34,771 nt of DNA from a virus. Positions 33,514-34,771 of this stretch are shown here, piece by piece (within the stretch, counting starts at the first letter, position 1; every line of letters begins with the position of its first letter). A program made the position numbers and the translations under genes. The DNA lies in the UHGV virus genome UHGV-0219736; one strand, written 5' to 3'. The notes under the pieces are model-generated. The model saw only the letters and a list, made by a program, of their open reading frames with translations, was not told the origin of the DNA and did no database searches.

Positions 33514-34771
33514 TCCTGATCCACCTCGTCAAATTCTTCCTCTTCTTCGTCTTCAAGTTCCTCATCGTCATACAAACCATTATTCCTGCGGCTGTCCATA
33601 ATGACACGATTAAGGGCATATATCAGAGCCATTACGCAGTCTTCTCCCAGTGTCGGATACGCATCTGAAAAGCTGCCATCCTTAAGCTGCTCGTGTTCGA
33701 GTGTTGTCAGCTCATGATATAGATGCGGACATCTGGTCTGATCCACAACAATTTTGGTACATTGCTGCAGCCACTCCCAACAGTAATCTCGTCCTTTGCC
33801 GCCTGCCCATCGCTTTATCGCTCCGGTTACGATAAATCCCCAATCCAGCATTTCTCTAATAGCATCCGGTCTTGCACTGTCCGCTATAATTTCAACATTT
33901 CTGTATTTCTTGATTTTGCGGGCAAATGTGCTATTCTTGCACTTCTTGGAATAGACCTCATCGAAACAATACAGCACATCTGTTTCTTCGTCGTAGTGGC
34001 ATCTTATAAAGGTCTGTGGATGGGTATAACCGAAATCGAGGCCGTGATAGATCACATCAAAGGTATTTATTTCTTCGTCTGATATCGCTCTGGCTTCCAC
34101 ATTCTCAAAAATGCCTCCGCCGGTTCCTGTTACTTCGCCCTCATAGTTATTTTTGTAATACAATGGCTTATGCAGCCGGAACCATTCAGCACGTTCGAAA
34201 AATCTTTTTCCCAACCACTTGACCGGAACATTGTAATAATAAGAATGACAGACAAGGCATGTCTCTTTCTTTACCGCCTCTTCCGTATAAATATTCATGA
34301 AGTTATTCTTACTCTTTGGCGGGTTGAATATCTTCACATCCAGAGCCGATGTATCCGATCTGAGGAATGTATCCTCAATATTATCCATTTGTTCCACGCC
34401 TGCCATTTCGTCGCATTCTTCATGGATCAGAAGCTTTACATATCCAAATGACAAATTGTATGACTTAAGAGATATAGGCTTATCTGCACCCACAAAGATA
34501 ACGCACTGCCCGGTTCTCTTATATACCGCCATCATAGGCGATACTTTAAAATCCCAGTTATCCAGATCCTTGTATCTGATCACAGTCTTCATAAACTGGT
34601 TATATACGCTGCCACGCAGATCCGTCTTATATCTTCTCGTATACACGACATGCGCCTGCGGATCATTTCGAATTGTTTCATAAGCAACTGCTGCCCAAAA
34701 GTTTGATTTAATAGATCCACGACCGCCTTTGGAAACGACTTCCCGCAGGTTGTTATCTCCTGTAAAAGCCT
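33510..34771 (-). CDS. terL: Terminase large subunit (PBSX/SPP1-type), 3' part
   Basis: Frame open to the window end. Walker A KGGRGSIKS, Walker B LIHEE, FNPP, GLDFGY, ADSARP. Confidence 0.93.
   Translation of the reverse strand, partial: AFTGDNNLREVVSKGGRGSIKSNFWAAVAYETIRNDPQAHVVYTRRYKTDLRGSVYNQFMKTVIRYKDLDNWDFKVSPMMAVYKRTGQCVIFVGADKPISLKSYNLSFGYVKLLIHEECDEMAGVEQMDNIEDTFLRSDTSALDVKIFNPPKSKNNFMNIYTEEAVKKETCLVCHSYYYNVPVKWLGKRFFERAEWFRLHKPLYYKNNYEGEVTGTGGGIFENVEARAISDEEINTFDVIYHGLDFGYTHPQTFIRCHYDEETDVLYCFDEVYSKKCKNSTFARKIKKYRNVEIIADSARPDAIREMLDWGFIVTGAIKRWAGGKGRDYCWEWLQQCTKIVVDQTRCPHLYHELTTLEHEQLKDGSFSDAYPTLGEDCVMALIYALNRVIMDSRRNNGLYDDEELEDEEEEEFDEVDQE

Noticed and set aside
15116..34683. Numerous long + strand ORFs in the ORF track (for example 22334-22948 and 28242-28943)
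   Set aside because: They are antisense shadows of well-supported minus-strand structural genes, with no RBS or recognisable motifs.

Overview
The window appears to be a complete, circular 34,771-bp genome of a small temperate siphovirus. The host is probably a Firmicute (Lachnospiraceae/Clostridia-like), inferred from the gene families. The two ends join in frame inside the terminase gene, which appears to be a fused TerS-TerL of about 549 aa. The integrase sits next to an intact attP whose core is a tRNA 3' end, so this is the excised form. Almost all genes are on the minus strand. The late operon runs terminase, portal, MuF-type minor head protein with an ADP-ribosyltransferase domain, scaffold, capsid, tail, holin, GH24 endolysin, then hicAB. 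The early operon carries two Cro-like HTH genes, an HUH rolling-circle-type Rep, an RNase H-like gene, PcfJ, an HNH gene and an ArpU-like activator. The most unusual part is 8.7-12.9 kb, where no CI repressor is visible and RNA-level elements cluster: a ctRNA-like counter-transcript at rep, a branched ~100-nt RNA element, a ~390-nt self-contained structured RNA with a 22-aa leader ORF, two tandem type I toxin-antitoxin cassettes and two tiny promoter-to-terminator units (one possibly an orphan AbiF-like antitoxin RNA). A perfect 16-bp palindrome (GTTGCACCGGTGCAAC) occurs four times, three of them inside genes. All calls come from reading motifs by eye; no database searches were run.
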